Assembly: GCA_031253545.1 (NCBI GenBank)
Contig: JAIRWH010000009.1
Location: 3,066 to 67,065, forward strand
Direction: 5' to 3'
Length of the DNA: 64,000 nucleotides
Origin: Oscillospiraceae bacterium
GTDB lineage: Bacteria; Bacillota; Clostridia; Oscillospirales; UBA929
Every line of letters starts with the position of its first letter. The first letter of the stretch is position 1. The notes under the pieces are model-generated. The model saw only the letters and a program-made list of their open reading frames with translations, was not told the origin of the DNA and made no database searches. Positions 1 to 9,467 of the stretch are shown here, in pieces. The position numbers and the translations under genes were made by a program.

Positions 1-1644
1 GCCCTGACGGCGGTTGATTAAGTCCAAACCCACTAAGGACTCGAAGCCCTCCAAAGGGTAGACATCTTGTATCACGCCTTGCGGGGCGATGGAGATATTG
101 CGGATATACGCATCGTCAAAAAGCATACGCGCCAGCTCGTAAAACTCCTCCGCGCCGTAGCCGTCCGCGGCGAAGATGCCGATGGCCTGAGCCTTGTGCA
201 TATAGCGCGCCAGGGTTTCGCCCGTGTAGTGGCTCTTTTCGGTGAGCAGGTTTGTCATGGACATGGTTTCCACGCGCACCTTGTTGTAGACATAAAACAC
301 GCAAACGGCGCTCATGAGGGCGAAGGATGCCACGAAAGCGAGCGCCGTATTCCAATAGAATCGCCCTGCCTTTTTCCTTTTCGCGCCCGCGCGCCCGCCT
401 TGCCTCGCGCGGCGCAAAGCAAGGCGCAAAAGTATTGCCGCGAGCGCGAGCGCGAGTGCCGCGCCGAAAGTTCCGCCTATCCGCGCGCCCGCGGAAAACG
501 AATCCGCCGTAATCTCCTCCCAGAGCCGCGCTTGCAGGGCCGTGACATCGTCCGGCAGGCGCAGGAGCATCTCCGTGTTGTCCAACGTATCGGCGGGGGG
601 ATAGACTAAGTCGTTGTATTTCAAGTGGTCGGAGAGATACCAATACGCTAAGTCGTTCGGGGTGGAATATCCGGTGTGTTCGCTGTTCACGGCGGCCACC
701 AAAGGGTCGCTCATGAAGTTGATAAACATCTCCGCCGCTTCTTTGCGCGCGCTGCCCGCCGGTATGCACATGGCATCCACAAACAGGTTGCCGCCCTCGC
801 GCGGGTAAACCACGGCAAGGTCGGGGTTGTCGAGCATCATGCGGTAAGCGTCGCCCGCGTAGTAGGGCGCTATATAGGCCTTGCCGCTATTCATTAAGCC
901 GTATATTTCGTCCATGTAATAGCCGGACACAAGCGGGCGCTGCTCGATAAGCAACCGATACGCCCCCATAATCTCGGCCTCGTCGGTGGTGTTCATCGAG
1001 TAGCCCAGACGTTTTAACGCTATGCCGAAGGTGTCGCGCGGGCTGTCCATCATGGCAATCTTGCCCTTATATCTCTCGTCCCAGAGTATAGCCCAACTGT
1101 CCACGGGTTCCGCAACGTACCTTTTATTGTAAATCAGCGCCACGGTACCCCATTTGTAGGGCACAGAGTAGTCGTTGCCGCTGTCGTAAGGCAGATTGCG
1201 GTATTTTTCAGAGATATAGCCAAAATGGGGTATGTTGCCGTAGTCGAGCTTTTCGAGCCTTGCCTCGTCAATCAATCGGTGAACCATATAGTCGGAGGGG
1301 AAAACCACGTCGTAGGAAACCTCGCCGCCCACCAATGCGGCATACAGCTCTTCGTTGGTCTTGTATGTGCGGTAATTGACCGTGATACCCGTGAGGCTCT
1401 CGAACTCCGAAACGGTGTCAAACCCTCCGCCGGAGCCGTCGGCGATGTAATCTTCCCAGTTATACACGCTTATTGTAACATTCTGCCCCTGAAACCGTTT
1501 GTAATAGTCGTCATGGCGTATTTCATCGCTCAGGGCGAAGTGCTTCACGCCCCTCACCGACGCGCCCCACCGACTGCAGCCTTGGAGCAATGCGGCCGCC
1601 GCCACGCAAACGCACGCAAGCCGCAAAACATTCCTCTTTCGCAT
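1..1644 (-). CDS. PotD-like solute-binding domain with lipoprotein signal, fused to a TM hairpin and a second extracytoplasmic sensor-like domain; 3' end lies outside the window
   Basis: Absent from the ORF track because it has no stop in the window. My translation from ATG 1644-1642 gives MRKRNVLRLACVCVAAAALLQGCS (lipobox). PotD/PotF-like blocks follow: VYNWEDYI, VSYDVVFPSDYMV, YSVPYKWGTVALIYNK, FVDAMCIPAGS. Two hydrophobic helices then flank RRARQGGRARAKRKK. The sequence continues YIRNISIAPQGVIQDVYPLEGFESLVGLDLINRRQG, and the frame is still open at base 1. Confidence 0.7.
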   Translation of the reverse strand, partial: MRKRNVLRLACVCVAAAALLQGCSRWGASVRGVKHFALSDEIRHDDYYKRFQGQNVTISVYNWEDYIADGSGGGFDTVSEFESLTGITVNYRTYKTNEELYAALVGGEVSYDVVFPSDYMVHRLIDEARLEKLDYGNIPHFGYISEKYRNLPYDSGNDYSVPYKWGTVALIYNKRYVAEPVDSWAILWDERYKGKIAMMDSPRDTFGIALKRLGYSMNTTDEAEIMGAYRLLIEQRPLVSGYYMDEIYGLMNSGKAYIAPYYAGDAYRMMLDNPDLAVVYPREGGNLFVDAMCIPAGSARKEAAEMFINFMSDPLVAAVNSEHTGYSTPNDLAYWYLSDHLKYNDLVYPPADTLDNTEMLLRLPDDVTALQARLWEEITADSFSAGARIGGTFGAALALALAAILLRLALRRARQGGRAGAKRKKAGRFYWNTALAFVASFALMSAVCVFYVYNKVRVETMSMTNLLTEKSHYTGETLARYMHKAQAIGIFAADGYGAEEFYELARMLFDDAYIRNISIAPQGVIQDVYPLEGFESLVGLDLINRRQG

Positions 1645-1726
1645 GACTCTCATTCTCCCGTTGTTTCGGCGGGCGCGCGGGCGAAACGCGGCAAGCGCGC
1701 ACAGCGGCTTCCGAGCGGTTGGGCGG

Positions 1727-2530
1727 TCATCCCAAACGCTGTTTCAATGTGTTGAAAATCAGGTCTTCATCGGGGGGTTTCACGAAAAAGCCTTGCGCCC
1801 CCAATTTAATGGCTTTGGTCACGTGTTCCCTTTGGGAATTGCTCGTGAGGAATATGAGGGGGATGGCAGTATCTATGGCGGAGATGGCGGCCGCCAACTC
1901 ATAGCCGTTCATTTCGGGCATTTCAATGTCGAGTATGCACAGGGCGGGTCTGTTTTTCTCCAAGTAGCGCAAGGCCGCCTTGCCCGTGGCGGCACCGGCG
2001 AACTTATGCCCCACTCCCTCGACGATGACCTTCACCACGTTTAATATAACGGGGTCGTCGTCCACGGCAAGCACGGTTTTTACTTCCCCCGACTCCGCGG
2101 GCGGCGCGTGCTTTTCGCCTTCCTTCGGCGCGGCGTGGGAAGGCGGGCTTTGGGCGGCTTGGCCGATTCGGTATTGCGCGAGCTGCAAATCTATGGACAA
2201 GGCGGAAAGGCCCGCCACCAACTTGCCTAACTCAATGTCTACCTCCGGCTTGTTTTCGCCGGGGAGCATATCCAGCACCCTGTTGAGCTGCGCGATGGCC
2301 TCGCCCGCGCGCAGGCGGGCGAGCACCGCAGACATATCCACCAACTTCTTACGCAGCAGTTCGTAATCGCGCACGACGAACATTTTGGTAAGCTCGTAAG
2401 ACTTGGCGGGCAGCGTCTCGATAAACTCGTCCATTTCAAGGTTGTAGTCTTTCAGCTGCCGCTCGCTCACGGGCGCGGCAAAGTCTAAGCCCCGAATCGT
2501 TCGCAGCGTGGCCGCGTCAATGTTAATCAT
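1727..2530 (-). CDS. Response-regulator receiver protein with an N-terminal all-helical, histidine-free (HPt-like?) domain
   Basis: The C-terminal REC domain reads KTVLAVDDDPVILNVV...ALCILDIEMPEMNGYEL...IPLIFLTS...GAQGFFVKP. I take the start at MINIDAATL (ATG 2530) with SD AAGGAGA upstream. The longer track ORF (to 2644) would overlap the tRNA. Confidence 0.8.
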   Translation of the reverse strand: MINIDAATLRTIRGLDFAAPVSERQLKDYNLEMDEFIETLPAKSYELTKMFVVRDYELLRKKLVDMSAVLARLRAGEAIAQLNRVLDMLPGENKPEVDIELGKLVAGLSALSIDLQLAQYRIGQAAQSPPSHAAPKEGEKHAPPAESGEVKTVLAVDDDPVILNVVKVIVEGVGHKFAGAATGKAALRYLEKNRPALCILDIEMPEMNGYELAAAISAIDTAIPLIFLTSNSQREHVTKAIKLGAQGFFVKPPDEDLIFNTLKQRLG

Positions 2531-2564
2531 GCTCGCCGTCTCCTTATTTGCCCGCGAAGTTTGC

Positions 2565-2593
2565 CGAAAACCCCGCGCACATTGCGCGCGGGG
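2565..2593 (-). terminator. Rho-independent terminator downstream of tRNA-Arg
   Basis: On the minus strand, an 8-bp GC stem CCCCGCGC..GCGCGGGG is followed by TTTTCGG. Confidence 0.55.
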
Positions 2594-2638
2594 CCGTGCG
2601 GCGAAAGGGAAAACGCGATGCCATAGGGTCTTGCCTTT

Positions 2639-2714
2639 TGGCACGCCTGGCAGGATTCGAACCTGCGACCTACCGGTTCGTAGCCGGGCACTCTATCCAC
2701 TGAGCTACAGGCGC
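2639..2714 (-). tRNA. tRNA-Arg (anticodon ACG), CCA encoded
   Basis: 76 nt. Acceptor GCGCCTG/CAGGCGT, D-arm GCTCAGTGGATAGAGT, anticodon loop CT-ACG-AA, T-arm GCAGGTTCGAATCCTGC, then G-CCA. Confidence 0.9.
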
Positions 2715-2724
2715 CTATGGCATC

Positions 2725-2753
2725 AGTTTACCAAAACACGCGGCGATTGTCAA
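2725..2753 (-). promoter_or_regulatory. Sigma70-like promoter for tRNA-Arg
   Basis: On the minus strand: TTGACA, 17 nt, TAAACT. The -10 ends about 10 nt before the mature tRNA 5' end. The -35 overlaps the stop codon of the upstream MCP. Confidence 0.5.
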
Positions 2754-4528
2754 TACTTGCCCCTCACGGTTTGCGGCAGGCGAAGGCGCGTTTCTTCCTC
2801 GCCCTTGAGCCGAAACCGGCGCACGTGCTCTTGCAGCATCGCGGCCTGCCCGCTCATTTGCTGCGACGCCGCCGCGCTTTCCTCGGCTGTGGCGCTGTTT
2901 TGCTGCACCACCTCGGACACCTGCTCTATGCCGATATTGATTTGCGTAATCGCGTGCGCCTGTTCCTCGGAAGCGGCGGCAATTCTCGCCATCAACTGCG
3001 CGCTTTGCTTCACGCCGTCTACGATTTCCCCAAGAGAGAGGGCGGTCTCCGTGGCGATGGATAGGCCTAAGCCCGACTTCACGATGGAATCCTCAATCAA
3101 TTTGCCCGAATCCTTGGCAGACTCCGCGCTCTTGGCCGAAAGCGCGCGCACTTCCTCCGCCACCACGGCAAAGCCCTTCCCGTGCACCCCCGCGCGCGCC
3201 GCCTCCACGGCGGCGTTCAGCGCGAGTATATTCGTCTGAAACGCGATGTCGTCTATGACCTTTATTACCTTGTTGATGGCCCTGCTCGATTCCGTTATCT
3301 CCTCCACGGCTTCCATGAGCCTGTTCATGCGCTCGTTGCCTTTCGCCGCCTGCCGCTCGATGGAGTCGGAAAGCTCCGACGCTTGCAGGGCCATCTTGGC
3401 GTTGTCTTTCGTCTTGTCGGACACGTCGCCGATTGACGCGGACAGCTGCTCCACGGCGGCGGCCTGCTCGGTGGAGCCCTGCGCCAGCGATTGGCTGCCT
3501 TCCGCCACTTGGCTCGCGCCCGTGTTCACCTGGGCGCAGGAGGCGTTGATTTCCGAAAACATGGCGGAAAGGCCGTCTATTGTTTTTTGCAGCGATGCCC
3601 CGATAACGTCGTGTTCGGACAGCAGCGGCACCTCAACCGTCAGGTCGCCGTCCGCCACCCTTTCCAACGTCTGCGCCACGTCGGAGATGTGTTTGATAAA
3701 CGACGCGGAGGCGGCTATGGTTTGCCCGATTTCGTCTTTGTGGCGGCTGTATTTGCCTATAACCGCGGTATCTTCGTCCGTCAGCGATATATCCCCCGTG
3801 GTGCCCGCCTTCTTCATAAACAGCATGAGCGGGCGGAGCGGGTCGCTGAAAACCTTCGCCATTGTCAGCGCGATTACCAGGGCAAGCAGCGTGGTGGCGG
3901 CGGAGACCGTGTACAGCAGCGTTACGGCCATATCCGCCGCGTTTTGGGCGTACTTTGTGTCAGACTCCATTATCTCGTCCGCTACGGCGATGATTTCCTC
4001 AATATCCGCCCTAAGCCCCCCGATTATGTCCGCGCCGGCGGTGATAATCTCGATTGACGCTTTCGGGTCGCCTGCGCGCGCCGTTTGCGCCACCTTGTCG
4101 GTCACTTCCGCTTTGTATCTCACGAATACATCCCGAATCTCGCCGCCGCGCCCGGCAAGCTCCGCGCGTTGCGCTTGGCTGATGATGGTGTCTAACCTCA
4201 GCTCCGAATCAAACTCGTCAAGCGTCCGCAGACCCTCTCCGTATGCCGCCCGCCCTTCCTCATACAAGCTGTCAATCTTCGCCGGGTCCTCCAGCACGGA
4301 GTGCGCCGCCATGGAAACCGTGACGCGGCGCAAGTCACGCACCGAGCTGCGAAACTCCAACATCAGGTCTTTTTCGCCTCCCGTGAAGCGGATTACGTCG
4401 GTGTACGTCCCGTTAATCTTCTTGGTTTGGTTTACGCTGAACACGGCTAACGCCAACAGGCACGCGATGACCAAACCGAAGCACAGCAGCATCTTCGTCC
4501 TGATTTTCAAGTTGTAGAACTTTTTCAT
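2750..4528 (-). CDS. Methyl-accepting chemotaxis protein (MCP-1) with large extracytoplasmic helical sensor domain
   Basis: Start is [25 protein letters not shown] (ATG 4528, SD AAGGAGG). It has two TM segments and a HAMP region. The conserved signalling hairpin reads [40 protein letters not shown]. Confidence 0.9.
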   Translation of the reverse strand: MKKFYNLKIRTKMLLCFGLVIACLLALAVFSVNQTKKINGTYTDVIRFTGGEKDLMLEFRSSVRDLRRVTVSMAAHSVLEDPAKIDSLYEEGRAAYGEGLRTLDEFDSELRLDTIISQAQRAELAGRGGEIRDVFVRYKAEVTDKVAQTARAGDPKASIEIITAGADIIGGLRADIEEIIAVADEIMESDTKYAQNAADMAVTLLYTVSAATTLLALVIALTMAKVFSDPLRPLMLFMKKAGTTGDISLTDEDTAVIGKYSRHKDEIGQTIAASASFIKHISDVAQTLERVADGDLTVEVPLLSEHDVIGASLQKTIDGLSAMFSEINASCAQVNTGASQVAEGSQSLAQGSTEQAAAVEQLSASIGDVSDKTKDNAKMALQASELSDSIERQAAKGNERMNRLMEAVEEITESSRAINKVIKVIDDIAFQTNILALNAAVEAARAGVHGKGFAVVAEEVRALSAKSAESAKDSGKLIEDSIVKSGLGLSIATETALSLGEIVDGVKQSAQLMARIAAASEEQAHAITQINIGIEQVSEVVQQNSATAEESAAASQQMSGQAAMLQEHVRRFRLKGEEETRLRLPQTVRGKY

Positions 4529-5403
4529 TGCAATAACCTCCTTTGTTCTTTCAGAAACGACAGAAACCGTTTCGGTCCCCCGCCCAAATGCCGCACCTGC
4601 GCCGGGCGAACCCCCGCGGCGTCGGACACGTCGAAAAATGAGCCTTCCTTCGTCTTCTGCGTTATCATCTGCGCGTCGCTGCCGAATATACCGCCGCCGA
4701 TTTCCAAATACTCGTCCCCCCAAAAGCAGCAGTCGCTTGCCTTTATGCCGTATTCACCCTCTAAGTGCGTAAATACGGTGTCCACGCTGTCTGCCTTCGT
4801 GCCGAAACCGACTTCCAGATACTTAGCGTCCGTGGTGGCGCACAGCGTGATTTTGTTTTCCTTGGCAAACACAGACACAAGCTCCGTCAGTCCGCGGATG
4901 CCGCAAGTGAATCCGTGCCCCAGCAAACGCCTGTGCAGCTCGCGAACCTCCGCCTCCCGCATATAGAGTTTTTCGCCCCGCTCAACGTCGGGCAGCAGGT
5001 CAATCTTGCAATAGTTGTCGCGGCAAAACACGATGTCGCTGTTGAGGCTGTGCGTTAAATAGAGAAACTCATGTATCTGGTAACATGTCCTGTGCAGCGC
5101 CGCCATGTCCCTTCTGCCCGGCAGCACCCCGCCCAACCCGGTTTCCTTCCCGCTTTTGTCGAAGCAGTAATTATCCGCCCCCCTGCCGAGCCCCATGTAA
5201 AGCCTCGAACGCGCCTGCGGCGAAAACCGCTTCGCGAGGCTGTCTGCTGAGATTTTCTCACGCGACGCTCCGCTGATTACGGCCAAGCGCACCCCCGCCT
5301 CCAAGAGCGGGCTCATGGCGGCCGCCGCGTCGTCCGCCGGGGCGTTGCGCGAGACCACGGCTGTGCCGTCCCAGTCGAAGAAGATTACGTCATACCCGCG
5401 CAT
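4525..5403 (-). CDS. HAD-superfamily hydrolase (Cof/IIB-like sugar-phosphatase type)
   Basis: Start is [16 protein letters not shown], which carries HAD motif I (DxDGT). The C-terminal motif is WGDEY...GSDAQM. The ATG at 5403 overlaps the GH65 3' end by 19 nt. The track ORF extends further 5' as Arg-rich alternative-frame sequence. Confidence 0.75.
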   Translation of the reverse strand: MRGYDVIFFDWDGTAVVSRNAPADDAAAAMSPLLEAGVRLAVISGASREKISADSLAKRFSPQARSRLYMGLGRGADNYCFDKSGKETGLGGVLPGRRDMAALHRTCYQIHEFLYLTHSLNSDIVFCRDNYCKIDLLPDVERGEKLYMREAEVRELHRRLLGHGFTCGIRGLTELVSVFAKENKITLCATTDAKYLEVGFGTKADSVDTVFTHLEGEYGIKASDCCFWGDEYLEIGGGIFGSDAQMITQKTKEGSFFDVSDAAGVRPAQVRHLGGGPKRFLSFLKEQRRLLQ

Positions 5404-7700
5404 ATCTGTGCATCCCCTTTCTCTTGCAGCGTGAAGCTGTTGCCGTAAAGCGCCACCCTTACCGGCGCGCCGGCGAGATGCCTCACGTTGCACCCGTTTT
5501 TGTCTGTGGTCACCTCGATTTCCGCGCCGCCGTATGAAAAGCGGAAAGAGTAACTGTTCCAATGCGGCGGAAGCATGGGTTGCAGGGTGACTGCGCCGCC
5601 GCCCGTCCGCAGCCCGGCGAAGCCGTGCGCCACCATGAGCCACGAGCCCGCCATGTTCGCCGCGTGTATGCCCGCGTGCATATCGCCGTGGGTGTCGTCA
5701 ATATCCATACGCACCGACCGGGCAAAATAACCGCAGGCTTCCTCCATGCGCCCCGCCGCGCACGCCGCCACGCCGAATACGCACACAGACAGCGAGGAAT
5801 GGTGGAGCGTGCTCTTGCGGTAATAGTCGTAATGGCGCGCCACGGTTTCGTTGTCGAAGTATTCGTGCCGCAGCAAAAGCGCCAATATCGTATCCGCCTG
5901 CTTCGCCATGCGCTGCCGCCACACAAAGAGCGGGTGGCGCTTTTCGTACAGCAGCCGCGTGGCGTCGCTCGCGGCGGCCGCCGGGTGCCAGGGCTTCCTG
6001 AGCAGGTACCCGTCGTCTTGCAAATATACGTTGCCGCCTTGGTCATACGGCAGATACATCTTCTCCGCCGTTTCCTCCCACACGCGCGCCTCGTCCGGCT
6101 CCAAGGCGATTTTTTCGGAGAGCGCCTTGTAGGCCGCCGGGTCTTCCGCCTGCAAGCGCCTCACGGCCCTTGCGGCATCGCGCAGGTTTTCGCGCGCCAT
6201 GAGGTTGGTGTAAAAATTGTTGTCTTTCAGCGCCGTGTACTCGTCCGGCCCCGTCACGGAGCATATGCAATACTTGCCGTCTCTGCCCTCGGCAAAGCAC
6301 CCCACGTCCGCCCACACACGCGCCGTTTCGCAAAGCACTTCCGCCGCTTTTTCCTTCAGGTACCCGAAATCCCCCGAAGCGTCCGCGTACTTCGCGAACG
6401 CGTAAGCCACGTCCGCGTTGATGTGGTACGCCGCCGTGCCGAGCGGAAAATACGCCGAACATTCCCGGCCGTTTATTGTGCGCCACGGAAACAAAGCGCC
6501 CCGCGAATGGCCCAGTTCCCGCGCCCTTTCCCTTGCCGTGTCCAAAGTCCCGTAACGGTAATCGAGCAGAGCCCTCGCCAATGCCGGATAGGTGTATATG
6601 AATACCGGCAGCGCGTATATCTCCGTGTCCCAAAAGTAATGCCCTACGTAGCCTTCGCCCGTCAGACCCTTCGCCCCCATGCCGGTGCGCCCGTTTCTGC
6701 CCGCGCCCTGCATGGCGTGAAACATATTGAACCTCAGCCCTTGCTGCGCCTCGTTGTCGCCGTCTATCACGATATCGGCGTGCTCCCAATACCTTTTCAT
6801 ATACGCCCTTTGCCGCGCCGCCAGCAGCTCAAACCCCATGCGCTCCGCGTCCCTCAGCTCCGCCGTTACCGCGTCCAACAAGTCGTCGGCGGTGTCTAAG
6901 CTCGTTATGTAGGCGATAAACTTGTCCAAGGTCACCTTGCCGCGCGCCGTGTATTCCGCGGCGCAACCCAAGCCGCGCATTGTGTATTTCGTGGGTTTCC
7001 TCACGCCGTGCGCCGTGTGCGCGCAACCGCACGCTATGCCCAATTTGCTGTTTTTCGTGCGCCCGGCGTACAGCAACATATCGTCGTGGGCTAAGATGCG
7101 CTTGGCGATGAGCGTTCTGCCAAACGGCCCGTAATCTATGAGCGGGTTGGTCTCTTCGGTGTGGTTTTGCGTGTCCGCGTCCATTTCGGAAACCAGCCTT
7201 ATTTCTCCCTCGAAGTTCAGCGGCGTCACGGTAATGCGCTGCGCTAAGATATGCTCGGCCGCGAACGACGCAAACCGCGCGGTTTCGATACGCGCCCGCG
7301 CCCCCGCGGGCGAATCCCAGATGAGCGAACGCGTCAGTATGCCCTCGCGCATATTCAGCGTCCTGCGGTATTCGCTCACCGTGCCCCGGCGCATATCGAA
7401 CGGCTCCCCGTCTAAATACACCCGCGTGGTTTTCAGGTTCGGCAGGTTCACCATGCTCTGGCTGTGTTCGGGAAACCCGTAGTTGCGCTCGCCGTAGCGT
7501 ATTTCCTCGCTTTCGTAAAAGCCGTTCACATAGTTGCCTTCCATGCCCATGCCGGGCGCGCGCGCGTAGCCTTCCTCAAAGGTGCCGCGTGTGCCGATAT
7601 ATCCGTTAGACAGCGCGAACACCGTCTCGGCGCGGTAGTTGTCCGCCTCGCTGTGCGCCGTTTCCGTCACGTTCCACGGCTCAATCGGATAAATCCTCAT
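5385..7700 (-). CDS. GH65-family glycoside phosphorylase (maltose/kojibiose/nigerose/trehalose phosphorylase type)
   Basis: 771 aa. The N-terminal beta-sandwich reads FALSNGYIGTRGTFEEGY, and the catalytic (alpha/alpha)6 region contains GHYFWDTEIYALPVF. SD AGGGGTGA lies upstream of the ATG. Confidence 0.9.
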   Translation of the reverse strand: MRIYPIEPWNVTETAHSEADNYRAETVFALSNGYIGTRGTFEEGYARAPGMGMEGNYVNGFYESEEIRYGERNYGFPEHSQSMVNLPNLKTTRVYLDGEPFDMRRGTVSEYRRTLNMREGILTRSLIWDSPAGARARIETARFASFAAEHILAQRITVTPLNFEGEIRLVSEMDADTQNHTEETNPLIDYGPFGRTLIAKRILAHDDMLLYAGRTKNSKLGIACGCAHTAHGVRKPTKYTMRGLGCAAEYTARGKVTLDKFIAYITSLDTADDLLDAVTAELRDAERMGFELLAARQRAYMKRYWEHADIVIDGDNEAQQGLRFNMFHAMQGAGRNGRTGMGAKGLTGEGYVGHYFWDTEIYALPVFIYTYPALARALLDYRYGTLDTARERARELGHSRGALFPWRTINGRECSAYFPLGTAAYHINADVAYAFAKYADASGDFGYLKEKAAEVLCETARVWADVGCFAEGRDGKYCICSVTGPDEYTALKDNNFYTNLMARENLRDAARAVRRLQAEDPAAYKALSEKIALEPDEARVWEETAEKMYLPYDQGGNVYLQDDGYLLRKPWHPAAAASDATRLLYEKRHPLFVWRQRMAKQADTILALLLRHEYFDNETVARHYDYYRKSTLHHSSLSVCVFGVAACAAGRMEEACGYFARSVRMDIDDTHGDMHAGIHAANMAGSWLMVAHGFAGLRTGGGAVTLQPMLPPHWNSYSFRFSYGGAEIEVTTDKNGCNVRHLAGAPVRVALYGNSFTLQEKGDAQICAGMT

Positions 7701-7718
7701 GTCTTACTCACCCCTTTC

Positions 7719-8537
7719 TCAACCTTTCACAGCCCCCGACGTAAGGCCGTCTATAACTTGTCTTTGCATAACCACGAAAAACACTATGGTGGGCGCCACC
7801 GTTACCACCACGGCGGCGAACAGCGCCGAATAATTGTTGGCAAACGCGCTCATGTAGTAGTTCAGCGCAATCGGCACCGTGCGCGCCCTGTTGCCGCTCG
7901 TGAGCATTAAGGCGTAATAGAACTCGTTCCATGTGTCTGTGAATTGCAGGATAACCACCGTGGCAAGCCCCGGCTTTGCCATGGGCAGTATAATGCGGGT
8001 AAATGTCTTGAAGAAGCCCGCGCCGTCTATGTAGGCCGATTCCTCAAGCGCCAATGGCAATGTTGCGTAATAGCCGTACATCACGAAAAAGGCGATGGGA
8101 ATGCCCATGGCGGCGTATACCAGCACCAACCCCGCCTTTGTGTCGAAGAGGTTCAGCGCCGTGTAGAGCGCGAACAGCGGCTGCGTGATGGACTGCGCCG
8201 GCAGCAGCAGCGAGACGGCGAACAGGGCGATGATTACGGGCTTTGCCCTAAACCTGAACCGCGCCGCCGCGTAGGCGCTCATGGCCACCAATGTTACGGT
8301 CAGGGCTATGCCCGCGCCCACGATAACCACACTGTTGGCAAAGTACCTCAATATCGGCGCGTGGCGAAACGCGGAAACGTAATTGTCAAAGCGCGGCCTC
8401 GCCGGCAGGCTAAACGCCGAGGAGTTAATCTCCGAATACGATTTGAGCGAGCTTATGAAGACCCAGGCGAGCGGCGCTATGGATATGAGCGCCATTACGG
8501 CCATCGCCGCGTAAGCGAGCGCCGGTTTCCTTTTCAT
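7719..8537 (-). CDS. Carbohydrate ABC transporter permease (MalG-like)
   Basis: 272 aa and polytopic. Typical N-terminus and EAA-loop region (ALEESAYIDGAGFFKTFTRIILP). Confidence 0.9.
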   Translation of the reverse strand: MKRKPALAYAAMAVMALISIAPLAWVFISSLKSYSEINSSAFSLPARPRFDNYVSAFRHAPILRYFANSVVIVGAGIALTVTLVAMSAYAAARFRFRAKPVIIALFAVSLLLPAQSITQPLFALYTALNLFDTKAGLVLVYAAMGIPIAFFVMYGYYATLPLALEESAYIDGAGFFKTFTRIILPMAKPGLATVVILQFTDTWNEFYYALMLTSGNRARTVPIALNYYMSAFANNYSALFAAVVVTVAPTIVFFVVMQRQVIDGLTSGAVKG

Positions 8538-9424
8538 AATTGCGCCTCCGTTTCCCTGTTGCTCTTCTTCTCACCGAAGAGCAGCCGTATCAACCCCGCG
8601 AGCCCCAGACCCAGTATTATCTGCACCACCCCCACGGCGTTCGCCTTGCCGTAGTTGTTTTCCAAGTTCATCGTCTTATACAGGTACACGGGCAGATTGA
8701 GCGTCGCCGTGCCGGGCCCGCCGCGCGTGGTCATATAGATAATGTCAAACTGCGAAACCATGGCCACGGAGGCGAGCAGCACGCAGGTGCCGATGGTGCC
8801 CCTCAGCGCCGGCAGGTTGATGTGCCTGTCCGTTTGCCAAGGCGATGCCCCGTCAATGGCCGCCGCCTCATAAATCGCCTTGTCTACGGAGCCGAGCTGC
8901 GCTAAGAAGATAACCGTGTTGAACGCCGAGTAAAAGAGCCATGTGCAAGTTACGGTGACAAACGCGTAACGCGAATTGCCAAAGAGGTTCGGCACGGGCC
9001 CGGAGATTGACAGCAGCTTGTATAAGCCCTTGACCACTCCGAATTGCGGGTTGAGCAGCAGCATAAACATTATGCCCGTGGCCGCCGTGGGCACTATGTT
9101 CGGTATCAGATATACGGTGCGGGCCACCTTCCAGCCTTTGGGCTTTTTATGCAGTATCAGCGCCATGCCCAAGCCGATTGACACGTGCACCGTGGTTTGC
9201 AGCAACACCCAAACCAACGTGTTTTTCACGGCGATTTGGAAGTCCTTGTCACGAAAGAGCGCCGCGAAGTTTTCTCCCCCCGCGAACACCGGCCGCGCCG
9301 CCGCCGTGTAGCGCGTGAACGCCGTGGCCGTTACGGTTACTATCGGCGCCGCGTATATCAACCCAAACAGCAGCATACACGGCGTGATAAACAGGGCAAT
9401 CCAAAGTTTCCTTTTACCCGTCAT
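8534..9424 (-). CDS. Carbohydrate ABC transporter permease (MalF-like)
   Basis: 296 aa and polytopic, with EAA loop IYEAAAIDGASPWQTDRHINLP. It overlaps the next permease by 4 nt. Confidence 0.9.
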   Translation of the reverse strand: MTGKRKLWIALFITPCMLLFGLIYAAPIVTVTATAFTRYTAAARPVFAGGENFAALFRDKDFQIAVKNTLVWVLLQTTVHVSIGLGMALILHKKPKGWKVARTVYLIPNIVPTAATGIMFMLLLNPQFGVVKGLYKLLSISGPVPNLFGNSRYAFVTVTCTWLFYSAFNTVIFLAQLGSVDKAIYEAAAIDGASPWQTDRHINLPALRGTIGTCVLLASVAMVSQFDIIYMTTRGGPGTATLNLPVYLYKTMNLENNYGKANAVGVVQIILGLGLAGLIRLLFGEKKSNRETEAQL

Positions 9425-9467
9425 CGCAAAGCCCTCCCTTCCCTGCCTTCGCGGCTTTTTCGGTGCT

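Noticed and set aside
67-1755. Track ORFs 67-609(+), 116-769(-), 327-512(+), 1225-1755(+)
   Set aside because: All lie inside or in alternative frames of the unlisted minus-strand gene 1-1644. That gene's translation is a coherent PotD-like protein, whereas these ORFs are Arg-rich or otherwise featureless.
1727-2644. 5' extensions of several track ORFs (1727-2644, 2750-4723, 4525-5643, 9551-11128, 28476-29594, 30357-31571, 36043-36615, 37405-38961, 55392-56282, 62234-63688)
   Set aside because: In each case the upstream part is Arg/Gly-rich and overlaps the preceding gene (or, for 1727-2644, the tRNA). An internal ATG or GTG with a GGAGG-type SD gives the family-typical N-terminus, so I used the internal starts.
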